64,000 bases of DNA from Candidatus Microgenomates bacterium. Its GTDB lineage: Bacteria; Patescibacteriota; Microgenomatia; JACQLA01. The notes under the pieces were generated by a model. The model ran no database searches. It was not told where the DNA came from and was given only the letters and a program-made list of their open reading frames with translations. Of the stretch, positions 1-10,161 are shown piece after piece. Both the position numbers and the translations under genes were made by a program. Each line of letters begins with the position of its first letter. Position 1 is the first letter of the stretch. The DNA lies in assembly GCA_016204255.1 (NCBI GenBank), contig JACQLA010000006.1, forward strand, positions 3,038 through 67,037, given 5' to 3'.

Positions 1-288
1 TAAGTCTTCAAAGAGGTTGCTATCAAAAACGTTTTCGGCCACTGGTCTGTCAGCAGACAAAAACCCCTCTGAAATTTGATGCTCAGCTCCAAACTCAAAA
101 GCCAACTGAAATTCGGCCACAGTTCCAACCTCGGGGACTGTCGTGCTGCCCATTATAGCCATTGGGGTTTCACTGACCGAGCCAACCGCATTCGCCGCCG
201 AACCTGCAGTTTCCGCAGCTACGGCAGTACTACTGGCCATGGCTTCAGTCGCAACTTCAATTGGTGCCGATAAAGCTTCTACTGTCAT
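1..288 (-). CDS. hypothetical protein, N-terminal part (gene continues past the left edge of the window)
   Basis: Absent from the ORF track because it has no stop in the window. My translation of the minus strand from ATG 288-286 stays open to position 1 (MTVEALSAPIEVATEAMASS...FQLAFEFGAEHQISEGF...). A GGAGG-like SD (plus 295-299) lies 6 nt upstream. No family recognised. Confidence 0.35.
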   Translation of the reverse strand, partial: MTVEALSAPIEVATEAMASSTAVAAETAGSAANAVGSVSETPMAIMGSTTVPEVGTVAEFQLAFEFGAEHQISEGFLSADRPVAENVFDSNLFEDL

Positions 289-397
289 CATTCCCCTCCC
301 TTCAGGGCAGCCTCATTTTAACCAGCAAAAGCGATTTAAGCTTGATATTTTCTTTTTAGGAAGCTAACAGAAGGATAACAAGGGGCAAGAAAAAATC

Positions 398-1051
398 TTA
401 TTTGCTCAGCTCGTCATCAATTATGGCTTTAAACTTCTCAAAAGGCTGGGCTCCGGAAAGAAAGCGGCCGTTAATAAAAAACGCGGGCGTGCCGGTAATA
501 TTCAATCTATTACCCTCATTTTTATCGACCTCAATCTGCGTAGCATATTTTTTACTCTCTAAGCAAGCATTAAAATCTTGGGCATTCAGGCTCAGATCAC
601 CTGCATATCTTTTAAGATCTTCTACTGCCAGTGAGCCTTGATTGTTAAAGAGCGTGTCGTGGTATTCCCAAAATTTACCCTGATCCTTAGCACAGAGAAC
701 GGCCAAAGCTGAATCCACGGCATATTGATGCGAAGGTAAGGGAAAATTTTTATAAATCAATTTGACATCATTTGGATAAGTTTCAAGGATTTTCTTTAAG
801 GTAGGCTCAACGCTGGCACAAAAGGGGCATTGAAAATCGGAAAATTCTGCAATTGTGACTTTTGCCTCAGGATTTCCCTTAACCGGATCGTTAGGGTTAA
901 TATTTACTTCAACTTTTGTATCATTTATAGAATCGGCGGGGGCGGTTTGAGGGGAATTCTCTTTTCCCTGATTTGAATTCATCCATAAAGCGCCGCCGAT
1001 AATGACGCCGAAAAGAAGTATACTAATGATGGGGAAAATTTTATTGCTCAA
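398..1051 (-). CDS. DsbA-family thiol:disulfide oxidoreductase, membrane anchored
   Basis: 217 aa with an N-terminal hydrophobic anchor. Thioredoxin-fold CxxC motif in FSDFQCPFCA; DsbA/BdbD-like layout. Confidence 0.85.
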   Translation of the reverse strand: MSNKIFPIISILLFGVIIGGALWMNSNQGKENSPQTAPADSINDTKVEVNINPNDPVKGNPEAKVTIAEFSDFQCPFCASVEPTLKKILETYPNDVKLIYKNFPLPSHQYAVDSALAVLCAKDQGKFWEYHDTLFNNQGSLAVEDLKRYAGDLSLNAQDFNACLESKKYATQIEVDKNEGNRLNITGTPAFFINGRFLSGAQPFEKFKAIIDDELSK

Positions 1052-1073
1052 TTTGATTAAATTCGTTAAATAA

Positions 1074-1262
1074 TTACTCGCCCCAAGAGATAGCGGCCAC
1101 CGGGCAAGAATCTATCGCATTTTGAATATCACTTTCCGGGTCGGCCGGAGGGGTTTTTACCTGGGCCTTATAATCACCATTGAGTTCAAAAGTTTTGGCG
1201 CATAAGGCCGTACAGGCACCGCAGCCGATGCATTTTTCCTGATCAATCTTTAGTTTTTTCAT
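1074..1262 (-). CDS. small 4Fe-4S ferredoxin
   Basis: CIGCGACTALC ... CPVAAI cluster-ligand pattern of mini-ferredoxins. The ORF-track start is a TTG at 1274; the ATG at 1262 (MKKLKIDQEKCIGCG) is more plausible. Confidence 0.8.
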   Translation of the reverse strand: MKKLKIDQEKCIGCGACTALCAKTFELNGDYKAQVKTPPADPESDIQNAIDSCPVAAISWGE

Positions 1263-1394
1263 ATTTGTAATCAATTAGTAGCCGTTAGCGAAGCGCGGCG
1301 TCTAATTGAGGAACCAATTTTATAAACTACAGACGGAAATATCCTTTAATCTAACATCTTCCCCGAGACTTTGTCAACCTTAAAAAGTCTTAAG

Positions 1395-2336
1395 TTACCC
1401 TAAAATCTGAGGTGCTTTTTGGCCTTTTAGACACTTGAATGCGGCTGCAGCGGCCGTTGCCCCCTGGGCACAGGCGCTAATTGCCTGTTGTAAAACATAA
1501 GAAGAAGTAGTGAAATCACCAGCAGCAAAAAGACCTGGGATATTTGTTTCCATCCATTCATTAACTTTAACAAAACCGTTTTTATCAATCTCAACTCCCA
1601 AAGGAATAAGTAGCGAAGTTCCGGGCACGCCTCCAATCTCAATAAAAACACCCTCTAAAGACAATTGATCGCTCCCCTGGTAAGGACTGTCTAAAACCAC
1701 GCCGGTTATTTTTACACCATCTCCTTTTATTTCCTTTAAATTAGTCTTTAAAATTTGTACAATTTTCGGATCTTTTTTTGCGTCTTCCAACCATACTGGT
1801 TCAGCCCGCAAAGCCTCCCCCCGATAAATGATATAAACTTTTTGAGCAAATTGCGCCGCATGCACGGCCCCTGAAACCGCCGCGTCTGAACCCCCAACCA
1901 AAGCCACGGTTTTCCCCCGGAAAAAGGGAGCGTCACAAGTGGTGCAATAAGAAACTCCCTTGCCCAAATATTCCTGCTCGCCAGGAACATTTAGCTTTCG
2001 ACGCTCAGTTCCCGTGGCCACAATAAGAGTCTTGGCTTCGTACTCGGTGTTATCTTCGGTAATAACCTTAAAATGGTCATTAAGCTTCTCTACCCTGCCT
2101 ACTGTTTTAGAAACAACCTCTGCTCCTAGATATTTAACCTGCTCAAGCATTTTTTCGCCCAGTTCAAAACCGGAAATAGAATTGAAGCCGGGAAAATTTT
2201 CCACGTTTGAGGCCAAAGTAATTGCTCCGCCTAATTTCTGTCCGATAACAAGGTGGCTAAGCTTATAACGAGAGGCATAAATAGAAGCCGTTAGTCCGGC
2301 CGGGCCAATACCGATGATGATAAGATCGTAAATCAT
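1395..2336 (-). CDS. trxB: thioredoxin-disulfide reductase
   Basis: 313 aa. FAD GxGxxG motif IIGIGPAGLTA, redox-active CTTCDA, second Rossmann motif VALVGGSDAAVSGA, C-terminal GDFT motif. Confidence 0.9.
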   Translation of the reverse strand: MIYDLIIIGIGPAGLTASIYASRYKLSHLVIGQKLGGAITLASNVENFPGFNSISGFELGEKMLEQVKYLGAEVVSKTVGRVEKLNDHFKVITEDNTEYEAKTLIVATGTERRKLNVPGEQEYLGKGVSYCTTCDAPFFRGKTVALVGGSDAAVSGAVHAAQFAQKVYIIYRGEALRAEPVWLEDAKKDPKIVQILKTNLKEIKGDGVKITGVVLDSPYQGSDQLSLEGVFIEIGGVPGTSLLIPLGVEIDKNGFVKVNEWMETNIPGLFAAGDFTTSSYVLQQAISACAQGATAAAAAFKCLKGQKAPQILG

Positions 2337-2364
2337 ATAGGATTAATAAAATTGGGGTTAAGGC

Positions 2365-2700
2365 TTATTCTTCGCTATCTGAACTTAGAACTTCATCAAT
2401 TTGTTGTTTAAATCTTTCTTTACTTTGAGCACCAATAATCGATTTAGCAATCTTTCCGTTTTTAAAAATTAAAAGAGTGGGTATGCTCATAATGTTGTAT
2501 TGAGAAGCGGTTTTACTATTTTCATCAACATTCAATTTTCCCACTTTCATCTTGCCCTCATAGTCTTTGGCTAACTCATCAACAATCGGACCAACCATTC
2601 GGCAGGGTGCACACCACTCAGCCCAAAAATCCACCAAAACTGGTAAGTTTGACTTGAGAACCTCAGTCTCAAAAGTTTCGTCCTTTAAAGTTATTTCCAT
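2365..2700 (-). CDS. trxA: thioredoxin
   Basis: 111 aa. WAEWCAPCR active site (WCxPC) and typical thioredoxin length. Confidence 0.9.
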   Translation of the reverse strand: MEITLKDETFETEVLKSNLPVLVDFWAEWCAPCRMVGPIVDELAKDYEGKMKVGKLNVDENSKTASQYNIMSIPTLLIFKNGKIAKSIIGAQSKERFKQQIDEVLSSDSEE

Positions 2701-2853
2701 TCATTCCTCCTTAACAATCGGGATTAAAATATTTTATCATAAAAATAACTCGATGACTACAACTATCTACAGGTTCTTGCTATTAGAATTTGCTATCATG
2801 AGATATAATATGTCAATTACATAAGCGCGGTTATTAACTAAATCGCGCTTGTT

Positions 2854-4266
2854 TTGTGTAATTTTATGGTGATGGTTGTTGAGGCCGCAAATCCCCGACT
2901 GAAGGAACGCGGCGGTTTAATTTTAAAAGAACCGGCTAATTTAGCCTATCTAAACGAAGCAATCGATGGGCTGCAGAATTTTATTGGCTGGGATGGCCGA
3001 ATTAAAGCTTCGACCATAGACGGTCAGTACCCTGCTGATTTTGGCCGCGACACGGCGACATTTATTCTTTTATGTAGCGAGGCTATGGCTGCCTTTCCTT
3101 TTGCCCGCTATAAAATTGCGCCCCTACTTCCCGCTTTTAAAGAAAGTCTGCGCTTTTTAGCCAAGCATCAAGGGCAAAGAGATGACCCGTTAACGGGCGA
3201 GAGAAAAGGGAAAATCCCCCACGAAATCCGCTTTGGCCCGGAAAATCAAATAAAACTTAAGGAATTGAAAGCCCATCGCTGGCCGGTAAAAGGGGACGAA
3301 GAAAATTTGAGTATGGTTAATTACTATAATATCGAAGCAACGGCCCTCTGGCTGATTGCCTTAAACCGTTTTTGTGAAGTGACTGAAGATTCTGATCTTT
3401 TAAAAGATTTACACCCTCAAATTGAAAACGCCTGCGAATATCTTCTAAATAAAGAGCATCCCGAAACGGGCTTGGTGCTTTTTCAGGGCAGAAGTAGTGA
3501 AGTAGGCTTAACTCACCAAAATTGGAAAGATTCCGGAGATTCCGCTCCCCCCGCCCCAATTTATTACACTGAAGTCCAGGGATATTATTATCAGGCCAAC
3601 CTCGTTGCAGCCAAAATTCTAAAAAACGAAGATCCGGAATCTAAATTGGCGAATGAGCTTCTGGAAAGAGCGGATAAACTGAAAAAAAGTTTTAATAAAT
3701 ACTTTTACTGGCCAGAACAGGGATATTATTATCAGGCTCTTTTACCTGGTGAAAATGGCGGTTTTATTCCCGTGAGAGAAGTGACTTCTAACCCTGGTCA
3801 CTGCCTTTATCTGGGAATTATTCAAGATGAAGAAAAGAAAAAATCTCTTGCGGAAAGATTAGTCCAGGAAGATATGCTATCGACAACCGGAATAAGAACT
3901 CTTTCATCTGATTCTTCCTGCTTTAACTTAAAAAGATACCAAATAGGGACTTCATGGCCACACGATAATGCAATGTGTGTTTTGGGTTTAAGGAAAATGG
4001 GTCACCATAAAAAGGCCAATACCGTTTCTTGCCGCAATCTTGATATTCTTTTAAGGCTTGGGTCGGCTTATGAATTTACCATTGCCGGAGAAGATGGTTC
4101 CGCCTGGATGGCAGAAGAATTGGCAAAAGTAAAAACCCCTCCTAATAAAAATCAAGCTTGGACTCAAGCAGCCATGGTTTATCTTCTGGCCACCACTCCT
4201 TCCTACAAATTCGAACAGGATGAGCTTGAGGAAGCTTTTTCTCAGTGGGAAAAAGTTGCCGCCTAA
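2854..4266 (+). CDS. glycogen-debranching-enzyme-like (amylo-alpha-1,6-glucosidase, GDE_C type) alpha/alpha-barrel glycoside hydrolase
   Basis: 470 aa. Motifs GRDTATF, HEIRFG and TSWPHDNAMCVLGL match my recollection of GDE_C family proteins. The ORF-track start is a TTG; the ATG at 2866 is an alternative. Confidence 0.65.
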   Translation: MCNFMVMVVEAANPRLKERGGLILKEPANLAYLNEAIDGLQNFIGWDGRIKASTIDGQYPADFGRDTATFILLCSEAMAAFPFARYKIAPLLPAFKESLRFLAKHQGQRDDPLTGERKGKIPHEIRFGPENQIKLKELKAHRWPVKGDEENLSMVNYYNIEATALWLIALNRFCEVTEDSDLLKDLHPQIENACEYLLNKEHPETGLVLFQGRSSEVGLTHQNWKDSGDSAPPAPIYYTEVQGYYYQANLVAAKILKNEDPESKLANELLERADKLKKSFNKYFYWPEQGYYYQALLPGENGGFIPVREVTSNPGHCLYLGIIQDEEKKKSLAERLVQEDMLSTTGIRTLSSDSSCFNLKRYQIGTSWPHDNAMCVLGLRKMGHHKKANTVSCRNLDILLRLGSAYEFTIAGEDGSAWMAEELAKVKTPPNKNQAWTQAAMVYLLATTPSYKFEQDELEEAFSQWEKVAA

Positions 4267-4269
4267 AAA

Positions 4270-5196
4270 TTAAGCGGCCTGAGGAAATTGTTCAAGCGTT
4301 TCTCTTAAAACTTCCGCCGCTTGCTGTGGAGGGACAATATTAATAATTCTACCTGTGGCCTGCTCAAAGCCAGCGGGTATTGTTAATCGAGGATTAAAGC
4401 GTATACACCACCCATCTCCATCAGGATAACGGGATTTTTTAATATAAAAATTATACGGGACTCCATCTTCTCTATGAGTTTTACTAGAAATAATTTGGGC
4501 AAAACGGTTATTTTCTAAAGCCCAAGTCGCTTTTCTGAATAAAGTTGCCACAGGCTTCAACTCCTCGTCATAAAGGTCGCCGAAAGTCCCGATTGGTCTT
4601 CGCGATTGGATAACCATCTCGAACGGAAATTCAGATTCTTCGGGACAATAGAGAACAAAATCTCCCTCCGTTGCCACAATAGTCCGCTCATCCAGTGGCA
4701 TCTCGTGATTATCCGGTTCGATCTCACCTGGATTTAGAGTTACAAGTTGAGTATGTAAGTGATCTTGAGAGGCTCCGGATGGTCTTTTTACATTTGCGAA
4801 AACCACAACGTCCTTCTTGTTTTGTTGATGCGCTTTAATTCTCTCTCGGTGGGCAAAAAGAACTATCTCAATTTGTCTTTCAGACATATTGGAGAAAGAA
4901 CCCGCATGATCGGGAGTTACAATTATTACTTCGTGATCCTCTACTCCCACCAAAGGGAATTTATTAGGGACTACACGAACTTCCCATCCCCCGGCTGAAT
5001 CCCGATCGCGAAAATAATTCCCCTCATTATTGTAAGTCCAAACTTCGGGAGGAGTTAAAATTTCGTTTCCAGGACAAAAAACGCAGGAAGGAGTTTTTTC
5101 GGGCGAAGAAGTAGCTTGATTTTCTTCTTGACGAAGTCTGTCAATCCGTCCAGGAGCGTAATAAACTTGCGATCCTCGCTCAGCTATTACTGGCAT
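4270..5196 (-). CDS. galactose-1-phosphate uridylyltransferase-like (GalT / HIT branch III) nucleotidyltransferase
   Basis: N-terminal zinc CxxC (SCVFCPGNE) and the HxHxQ active-site motif (QDHLHTQL) typical of the GalT / ADP-glucose phosphorylase family. Confidence 0.75.
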   Translation of the reverse strand: MPVIAERGSQVYYAPGRIDRLRQEENQATSSPEKTPSCVFCPGNEILTPPEVWTYNNEGNYFRDRDSAGGWEVRVVPNKFPLVGVEDHEVIIVTPDHAGSFSNMSERQIEIVLFAHRERIKAHQQNKKDVVVFANVKRPSGASQDHLHTQLVTLNPGEIEPDNHEMPLDERTIVATEGDFVLYCPEESEFPFEMVIQSRRPIGTFGDLYDEELKPVATLFRKATWALENNRFAQIISSKTHREDGVPYNFYIKKSRYPDGDGWCIRFNPRLTIPAGFEQATGRIINIVPPQQAAEVLRETLEQFPQAA

Positions 5197-5294
5197 TAAT
5201 CTTAAAAGATTTCTGTTTTCATGCAGAAATCTTTAGCCTTTCTTAAGTTTTTAAAACTTATAATTAGGCAGCCTATATCAAGATAACAAATAAA

Positions 5295-5323
5295 ATTTTA
5301 GTCGCTGGATTTAACCTTGTCAA
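5295..5323 (-). promoter_or_regulatory. sigma70-type promoter TTGACA-17-TAAAAT for the GalT-like gene
   Basis: On the minus strand: TTGACA (5323-5318), a 17-nt spacer, TAAAAT (5300-5295). Confidence 0.5.
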
Positions 5324-5352
5324 GACACCAAATTAACTTATAAAAAACACTA

Positions 5353-7632
5353 TTATTTCATTCTAAAGCGCTTTAAAAGAAGGGAGTTGGAGACAACTGA
5401 AATTGAAGAAAAAGCCATTGCGGCTGAGGCAATAATTGGCGAAAGTAAAACTCCGGCCAACGGATAAAGAACTCCCGCGGCTATAGGGATTCCCAGGGCA
5501 TTATAAATGTAGGCCCAGAATAAATTCATTTTGATCGTCCGCATGGTGGCCTTGGAAAGTTTAATCGCCCTCACCACCCCCCAAAGATCACCCGACATTA
5601 AAGTAATCCCGGCTGATTCCATAGCCACGTCAGTTCCAGTCCCCATGGCAATACCAATATCCGCTGCGGCTAAAGCCGGCGCGTCATTTATCCCATCCCC
5701 CACCATTGCAACAATTTTGCCTTTACCTTTAAGCTCTTGTACTTTTCGAGCCTTATCCACTGGAGCAACTTCAGCTAGCACCTCCTCAATCCCCACCTTT
5801 TTAGCAATTGCCTGGGCAGTTCTTTGATTATCACCGGTAATCATTATTGGTACAATTCCTATCTTTTTAAGCTCTTTCACTGCCTCAATCGTGGTCTCCT
5901 TTAAGGTATCTGCCACAGCAATAATGCCGGCTATTTCCAATTTGATTTTTCCTAAAGCTACCAGCATCGCTGTTTTTCCTTCATTCTCCAACCTCAACAT
6001 CTCTTTTTCCACTTCATCCGAGATCTTCACTCCACTGTTTTTCATCAAAAGTCTATTTCCTTTAACTATTTGCCATACGCTATCCGCCACACGCAGTTTA
6101 ACTTCTATCCCTTGTCCCTCAATAGCTTTGAATTCTTCGGGTTTTATAGGCTCTAGCTTTTCCTCGTTCGCCTTCTTAACTACCGCCTGACCCAAAGGGT
6201 GCTCACTGCGAGATTCCGCACTGGCAGCTAATTTCAGTAAATCTTTCCTATCTTTAATAGTTGATTTTTCAGTGATTATAGTATCCGTTACTTCCGGTTG
6301 ACCCTTGGTAAGGGTTCCGGTTTTATCAAAGATAACAGTTGTGATTTTATGAGCCAATTCTAGATTTGCGGCGTCTTTAATCAAAACTCCGTGCTCTGCT
6401 CCAATTCCGGTACCGACCATAATCGCCGTTGGTGTCGCCAGGCCTAAAGCACAGGGACAGGCAATAATTAAAACGGCAATGAAATTTAAAAAGGCAAAAG
6501 TAAAAGCCGGCTCTGGTCCAAAAACAAACCAGATTATAAAAGTTAAAATCGCTAAAGACATGACAATGGGGACAAAATATCCGGTTACGATATCAGCCAG
6601 TCTTTGGATTGGTGCCTTGGAGCCTTGAGCGGCGGCCACCAAATTTATAATTTGAGATAAAACTGTATCTTTCCCCACTTTCTCGGCTTTAAAAGTAAAA
6701 GAACCGGATTTATTAATTGTCGCTCCAATCACCTTGTCACCCTTTTTCTTATCTACCGGCACCGACTCACCAGTCACCATTGATTCATCAATTGATGAGC
6801 TTCCTTCCATAATCACGCCGTCCACGGGAATTTTTTCTCCGGGCCGCACGATGATCAAATCGCCCACCTTAACTTCGCTTATGGGAATGTCCACTTCTTT
6901 ATTATCGCGTAAAACGCGCGCGGTTTTGGGCGCTAAACCCATAAGCTTTTTAATGGCGGCCGACGTTCCGGCTTTAGCTTTGGCTTCTAGATAACGACCT
7001 AAAATAATCAATGTGCTAATAACGGCCGAGGCCTCAAAATAGGTGTCAACCGGAATCCCACCAATCTCAAATAGTTGTGGTGTAAATGTTGCTAAAACTG
7101 AATAAAAAAAGGCTGCCGAGGTGCCAATGGCAATTAAAGAATCCATATTGGCCGCTCGGTGTTTAAGTCCTCGCCAAAAACCCAGATAAAATTGTCCACC
7201 AACCCAGAATTGGACCGGGATGGTAAGAAAAAACATAATTAAGAACCGAGGAAATTGCGGGATTTGGGCCACAAAAGAAATCCATTGAGGGTAGGATAAA
7301 ATCATCACGGGGACTGAAAACAAAACGCCGAGCCAAAGTTTATTTCTTAAACCAACTACTTCTTTTTTTCGCTCATTATCCTCCCGATCTCCTTCGTTCT
7401 CTTCGTCCCCGACTGGGTCTTTTTTTTCAATAACCTCATACCCAACATCTCTGACGGCTTGAACCAGATCTTCACGCCTGACATTGTCGGATTCAACATT
7501 AACATTGGCTGTTTCCGTAGCAAAATTTACTCTTACACTTTTAACGCCCGCGACGCGGGAAAGCGCATGCTCAATATGAAGCGCGCAAGAAACACAATGC
7601 ATTCCTTTAATTGGTAACTCTATTTTTTCCAT
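5353..7632 (-). CDS. copA: copper-translocating P1B-type ATPase
   Basis: 759 aa. HMA domain [17 protein letters not shown] motif ([12 protein letters not shown]), DKTGTLT phosphorylation site, GDGINDAP hinge. Confidence 0.95.
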   Translation of the reverse strand: MEKIELPIKGMHCVSCALHIEHALSRVAGVKSVRVNFATETANVNVESDNVRREDLVQAVRDVGYEVIEKKDPVGDEENEGDREDNERKKEVVGLRNKLWLGVLFSVPVMILSYPQWISFVAQIPQFPRFLIMFFLTIPVQFWVGGQFYLGFWRGLKHRAANMDSLIAIGTSAAFFYSVLATFTPQLFEIGGIPVDTYFEASAVISTLIILGRYLEAKAKAGTSAAIKKLMGLAPKTARVLRDNKEVDIPISEVKVGDLIIVRPGEKIPVDGVIMEGSSSIDESMVTGESVPVDKKKGDKVIGATINKSGSFTFKAEKVGKDTVLSQIINLVAAAQGSKAPIQRLADIVTGYFVPIVMSLAILTFIIWFVFGPEPAFTFAFLNFIAVLIIACPCALGLATPTAIMVGTGIGAEHGVLIKDAANLELAHKITTVIFDKTGTLTKGQPEVTDTIITEKSTIKDRKDLLKLAASAESRSEHPLGQAVVKKANEEKLEPIKPEEFKAIEGQGIEVKLRVADSVWQIVKGNRLLMKNSGVKISDEVEKEMLRLENEGKTAMLVALGKIKLEIAGIIAVADTLKETTIEAVKELKKIGIVPIMITGDNQRTAQAIAKKVGIEEVLAEVAPVDKARKVQELKGKGKIVAMVGDGINDAPALAAADIGIAMGTGTDVAMESAGITLMSGDLWGVVRAIKLSKATMRTIKMNLFWAYIYNALGIPIAAGVLYPLAGVLLSPIIASAAMAFSSISVVSNSLLLKRFRMK

Positions 7633-7663
7633 CTTTTTAAAGATAATTTAATTATGTCATTTC

Positions 7664-8083
7664 CTATTCCTTTACAATCATCTTTCCATGCAGCATTCCC
7701 ATTCCACAAGTAAAGGGAAACTCTCCCGCCTTCATTGGTGTAAACTCAACCTTTGTTTTGGCAAACGGTTCAAGCCGCGCTTTTATTTCTTTTTCTATTT
7801 TGCCACCTGCTACCCGCCACCTGCTATTTCCAAATATCACCCATTCGGAACAATCGCCGCTTTCGCGCCGATCAAAAGTTATTCTAACCGGCAATCCCTT
7901 TTTAACTAAAATTTCATTGGGTGAATAAGCTCCTTCTACCACAATGGTTGTTTCCTGAATCTTATCTCCATCGCCGGCGGAAACTTTGGCTTCACCCGTA
8001 TCTTTTTTTCCCAGAAAAAACCAGAGAATAAAAATAATTAACGCCGTCCCGCCAACTAAAACTAAAAGCTCTTGTCCGCTCAT
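7664..8083 (-). CDS. membrane-anchored cupredoxin-like domain protein
   Basis: 139 aa. N-terminal TM helix and C-terminal FTCGMGMLHGKMIV, reminiscent of Cupredoxin_1 proteins that accompany copA. Confidence 0.6.
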   Translation of the reverse strand: MSGQELLVLVGGTALIIFILWFFLGKKDTGEAKVSAGDGDKIQETTIVVEGAYSPNEILVKKGLPVRITFDRRESGDCSEWVIFGNSRWRVAGGKIEKEIKARLEPFAKTKVEFTPMKAGEFPFTCGMGMLHGKMIVKE

Positions 8084-8823
8084 TCGCCTTTGCTCCTTAT
8101 AAATTCCCGAGGTAAATCTTTTTGGAAAACCACACCTTTGGCTAGAAGATCTTTTTTTTCACCCTCATCCAAAAAATTCAGGGCAGTAATAGGGTGTAAG
8201 CCACTTTTTTCAATTAAAAAACGCAAAGAATTCTCTGGTGGCCAATCCCAGCTAATGAGTTTTAGACCAACACATTCGGCGTAGACCCGGGCATCGGTTG
8301 TGGCTTTGGTATTGGTTACAAGCCATCCCTGATTGAAAGATTCCTGGACATCCAAAAATCGCGCGTAGACATAGAGAGCGGTTTTGATATCAGTTTTGGC
8401 TCCGGGTTGATTATGGTATTTACATTCAATCATTAATCTCTCGTTGTCTTTTTGAGCGGCAACATCAATTTCATGGGCAACGCATTTACCCCTAACAATC
8501 TTCCCCACCTCGCAGCTATATCCGGAAAATCCTAAAATACCGGCAACGAACTTTTCAAAGGGAAAACCGGTGGGACCCAACTGCATAATGGCTTCCTTTA
8601 AATTATATCTTGAGCTCAATCTTGATTTTTCTTTTCTTAAAAGATCAAAGATATGGGAGTAAATTACTTTTGTGGGAATACCATTATAAAGTTCGCCTTT
8701 AACATGAGAAACTAATTGTGAGGTCAAATTATTATCTGCCCCGGCGCGCCGAAGCGATGCCCGAACCTTCTCTTCCGAGAAAGGCTCAATCTCTCCTGAG
8801 GCTTTAACAACATTTATTGACAT
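8080..8823 (-). CDS. ATP-cone domain fused to a PD-(D/E)xK (Mrr/restriction-endonuclease-like) nuclease domain
   Basis: The N-terminus (MSINVVKASGEIEPFSEEKVRASLRRAGA) resembles an ATP-cone. The C-terminal half carries HEIDVAAQ...LMIECKYH, a D...ExK nuclease motif. ATGA overlap with the downstream cupredoxin gene. Confidence 0.65.
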   Translation of the reverse strand: MSINVVKASGEIEPFSEEKVRASLRRAGADNNLTSQLVSHVKGELYNGIPTKVIYSHIFDLLRKEKSRLSSRYNLKEAIMQLGPTGFPFEKFVAGILGFSGYSCEVGKIVRGKCVAHEIDVAAQKDNERLMIECKYHNQPGAKTDIKTALYVYARFLDVQESFNQGWLVTNTKATTDARVYAECVGLKLISWDWPPENSLRFLIEKSGLHPITALNFLDEGEKKDLLAKGVVFQKDLPREFIRSKGE

Positions 8824-8827
8824 ATAC

Positions 8828-9286
8828 TCATCTTAAATCCCAACTAAACGATCTTTCAACCCCACCAATCTGAAAAATAAAAAGAGTTAAGGTTTTAACC
8901 CCACTTTTAACTTTCGGAAAACTTATCTGGCCTGAAAGATGATGTCCTCCGCGGCCACCAGTCCACCCAATCGCCCGATAGTCATTACCCAGGTTATCTT
9001 TTAAAATAATTATTTGCTGAAAATCAAAATCTAGGTTGACCGTGTGAGTGTCAAAAGTAACCAAAAAAATGTTCTCATTTTCGCCTCCTAATTTTTGTGG
9101 CACTACCTCAACCGTAACCTCAGCCTGACTATCTATTTTTGTTTCAAAGTTTTCTTTTATTGTATCAATAAACGTGTTTTGCGCCTCTTGGGGCGCTTTA
9201 CGATTCACAAACGTAAGAATTCCAATTAGCAGGGCCAACGCGGCCATAACTACTAAAGCTATTTTTTGATAGATACCGGTTTTCAT
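8828..9286 (-). CDS. hypothetical membrane-anchored protein (beta-rich, GGRGGHH motif)
   Basis: 152 aa with a single N-terminal TM helix. Tight spacing inside the copA operon. No family recognised. Confidence 0.5.
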   Translation of the reverse strand: MKTGIYQKIALVVMAALALLIGILTFVNRKAPQEAQNTFIDTIKENFETKIDSQAEVTVEVVPQKLGGENENIFLVTFDTHTVNLDFDFQQIIILKDNLGNDYRAIGWTGGRGGHHLSGQISFPKVKSGVKTLTLFIFQIGGVERSFSWDLR

Positions 9287-9288
9287 AC

Positions 9289-9768
9289 CTATTTTGCCAA
9301 CTTCTGGAAACGGAATGGATTTAAACTACACGATCTTTTTTTAATCATTAGAGTCATTAAAGAAATACCTGCTAGGTTAGCAAATATACCTAAGACAAAA
9401 ATTGGAACCTGATACTTTGTCACAAAAAGGCTGGCGCCGGAAAAACCCAGGAAAGGAATAATCTCCAAGCCGTGATGGGCGCAACAAGCAATCATCGCCG
9501 CACCAGAAACGCCTGCACTGGCTCCGGCGGTTACTTTAGATTGACTAGCGGCCAAATGTTTGCCGGAGCGAATAAATTGAAAAAGCCCTGCCTGAACCCC
9601 AAAGCCTAAAATTAGAGCACTCATCCAATATTTATAAAGTAGGAATTGCTCCCAGGGGTGACGCCAATCTTTTGTGATTGCGGTCAAAATCAAAAAGTAA
9701 ATAAAAATTAAAAAAAGACTGCCGGCAATACTAGCTATCACCGGATTTACATTAGTAATTTTTCTCAT
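9289..9768 (-). CDS. hypothetical polytopic membrane protein with intramembrane CCAHH motif
   Basis: 159 aa with 4-5 predicted TM segments and MIACCAHHGLE within a hydrophobic stretch. First gene of the packed string ending in copA. Confidence 0.5.
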   Translation of the reverse strand: MRKITNVNPVIASIAGSLFLIFIYFLILTAITKDWRHPWEQFLLYKYWMSALILGFGVQAGLFQFIRSGKHLAASQSKVTAGASAGVSGAAMIACCAHHGLEIIPFLGFSGASLFVTKYQVPIFVLGIFANLAGISLMTLMIKKRSCSLNPFRFQKLAK

Positions 9769-9849
9769 TTGTGTAACACGGTTTCGTACTTTACTTGCTC
9801 AACCGATTATACTGCGCCCGACAAAGCCGGACTTGTATAATAAATTCGC

Positions 9850-10107
9850 TTACTTGCTCAATTTATTATACGTCCAGGCCCAGATGTAACCAAAAACCCA
9901 ACTTATCGCTGTAAGCGAAATTAAACCAAGGATGAAGTTACTGAGGCTTCTTTGGGTGGTCGCCAATGATACAACGTTAATCCCATGAAACCAGGATTGA
10001 AATATGGCCAATAAAAAATCCGGTATTAGGACGGCAAGTAATGCGCAAGCAATATAAAAAACGGTAGTTGCCAAAGTTAAAGAATTGGCAAAAGGCAGCT
10101 CCTTCAT
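9850..10107 (-). CDS. small two/three-TM membrane protein
   Basis: 85 aa, hydrophobic. Possibly DUF5676-like, recalled only weakly. Confidence 0.45.
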   Translation of the reverse strand: MKELPFANSLTLATTVFYIACALLAVLIPDFLLAIFQSWFHGINVVSLATTQRSLSNFILGLISLTAISWVFGYIWAWTYNKLSK

Positions 10108-10161
10108 TATTTTTTCACCTCCTTACTAAGAAGAGAGTCAAAATTAGTCAGGTTAAGAATT

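Noticed and set aside
76-367. Two plus-strand ORFs (65 and 74 aa) at the left end
   Set aside because: They overlap an open minus-strand frame that has an SD and ATG at 288 and runs off the window, so I regard them as shadows of that gene.
1272-1308. Hairpin CAATTAG-N23-CTAATTG upstream of the ferredoxin gene, sharing the 11-mer TAGCGAAGCGC with the loop of the 31840 element
   Set aside because: Only one short shared word, and the rest of the GIY-YIG-element architecture (GTCATTKCGA arms) is absent. Probably an unrelated UTR hairpin.
5531-6994. Three 86-99-aa plus-strand ORFs inside copA
   Set aside because: All lie antisense to an unambiguous P-type ATPase and have shadow-ORF composition. 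The same reasoning applies to most other 60-110-aa ORFs in the track that overlap well-supported genes.
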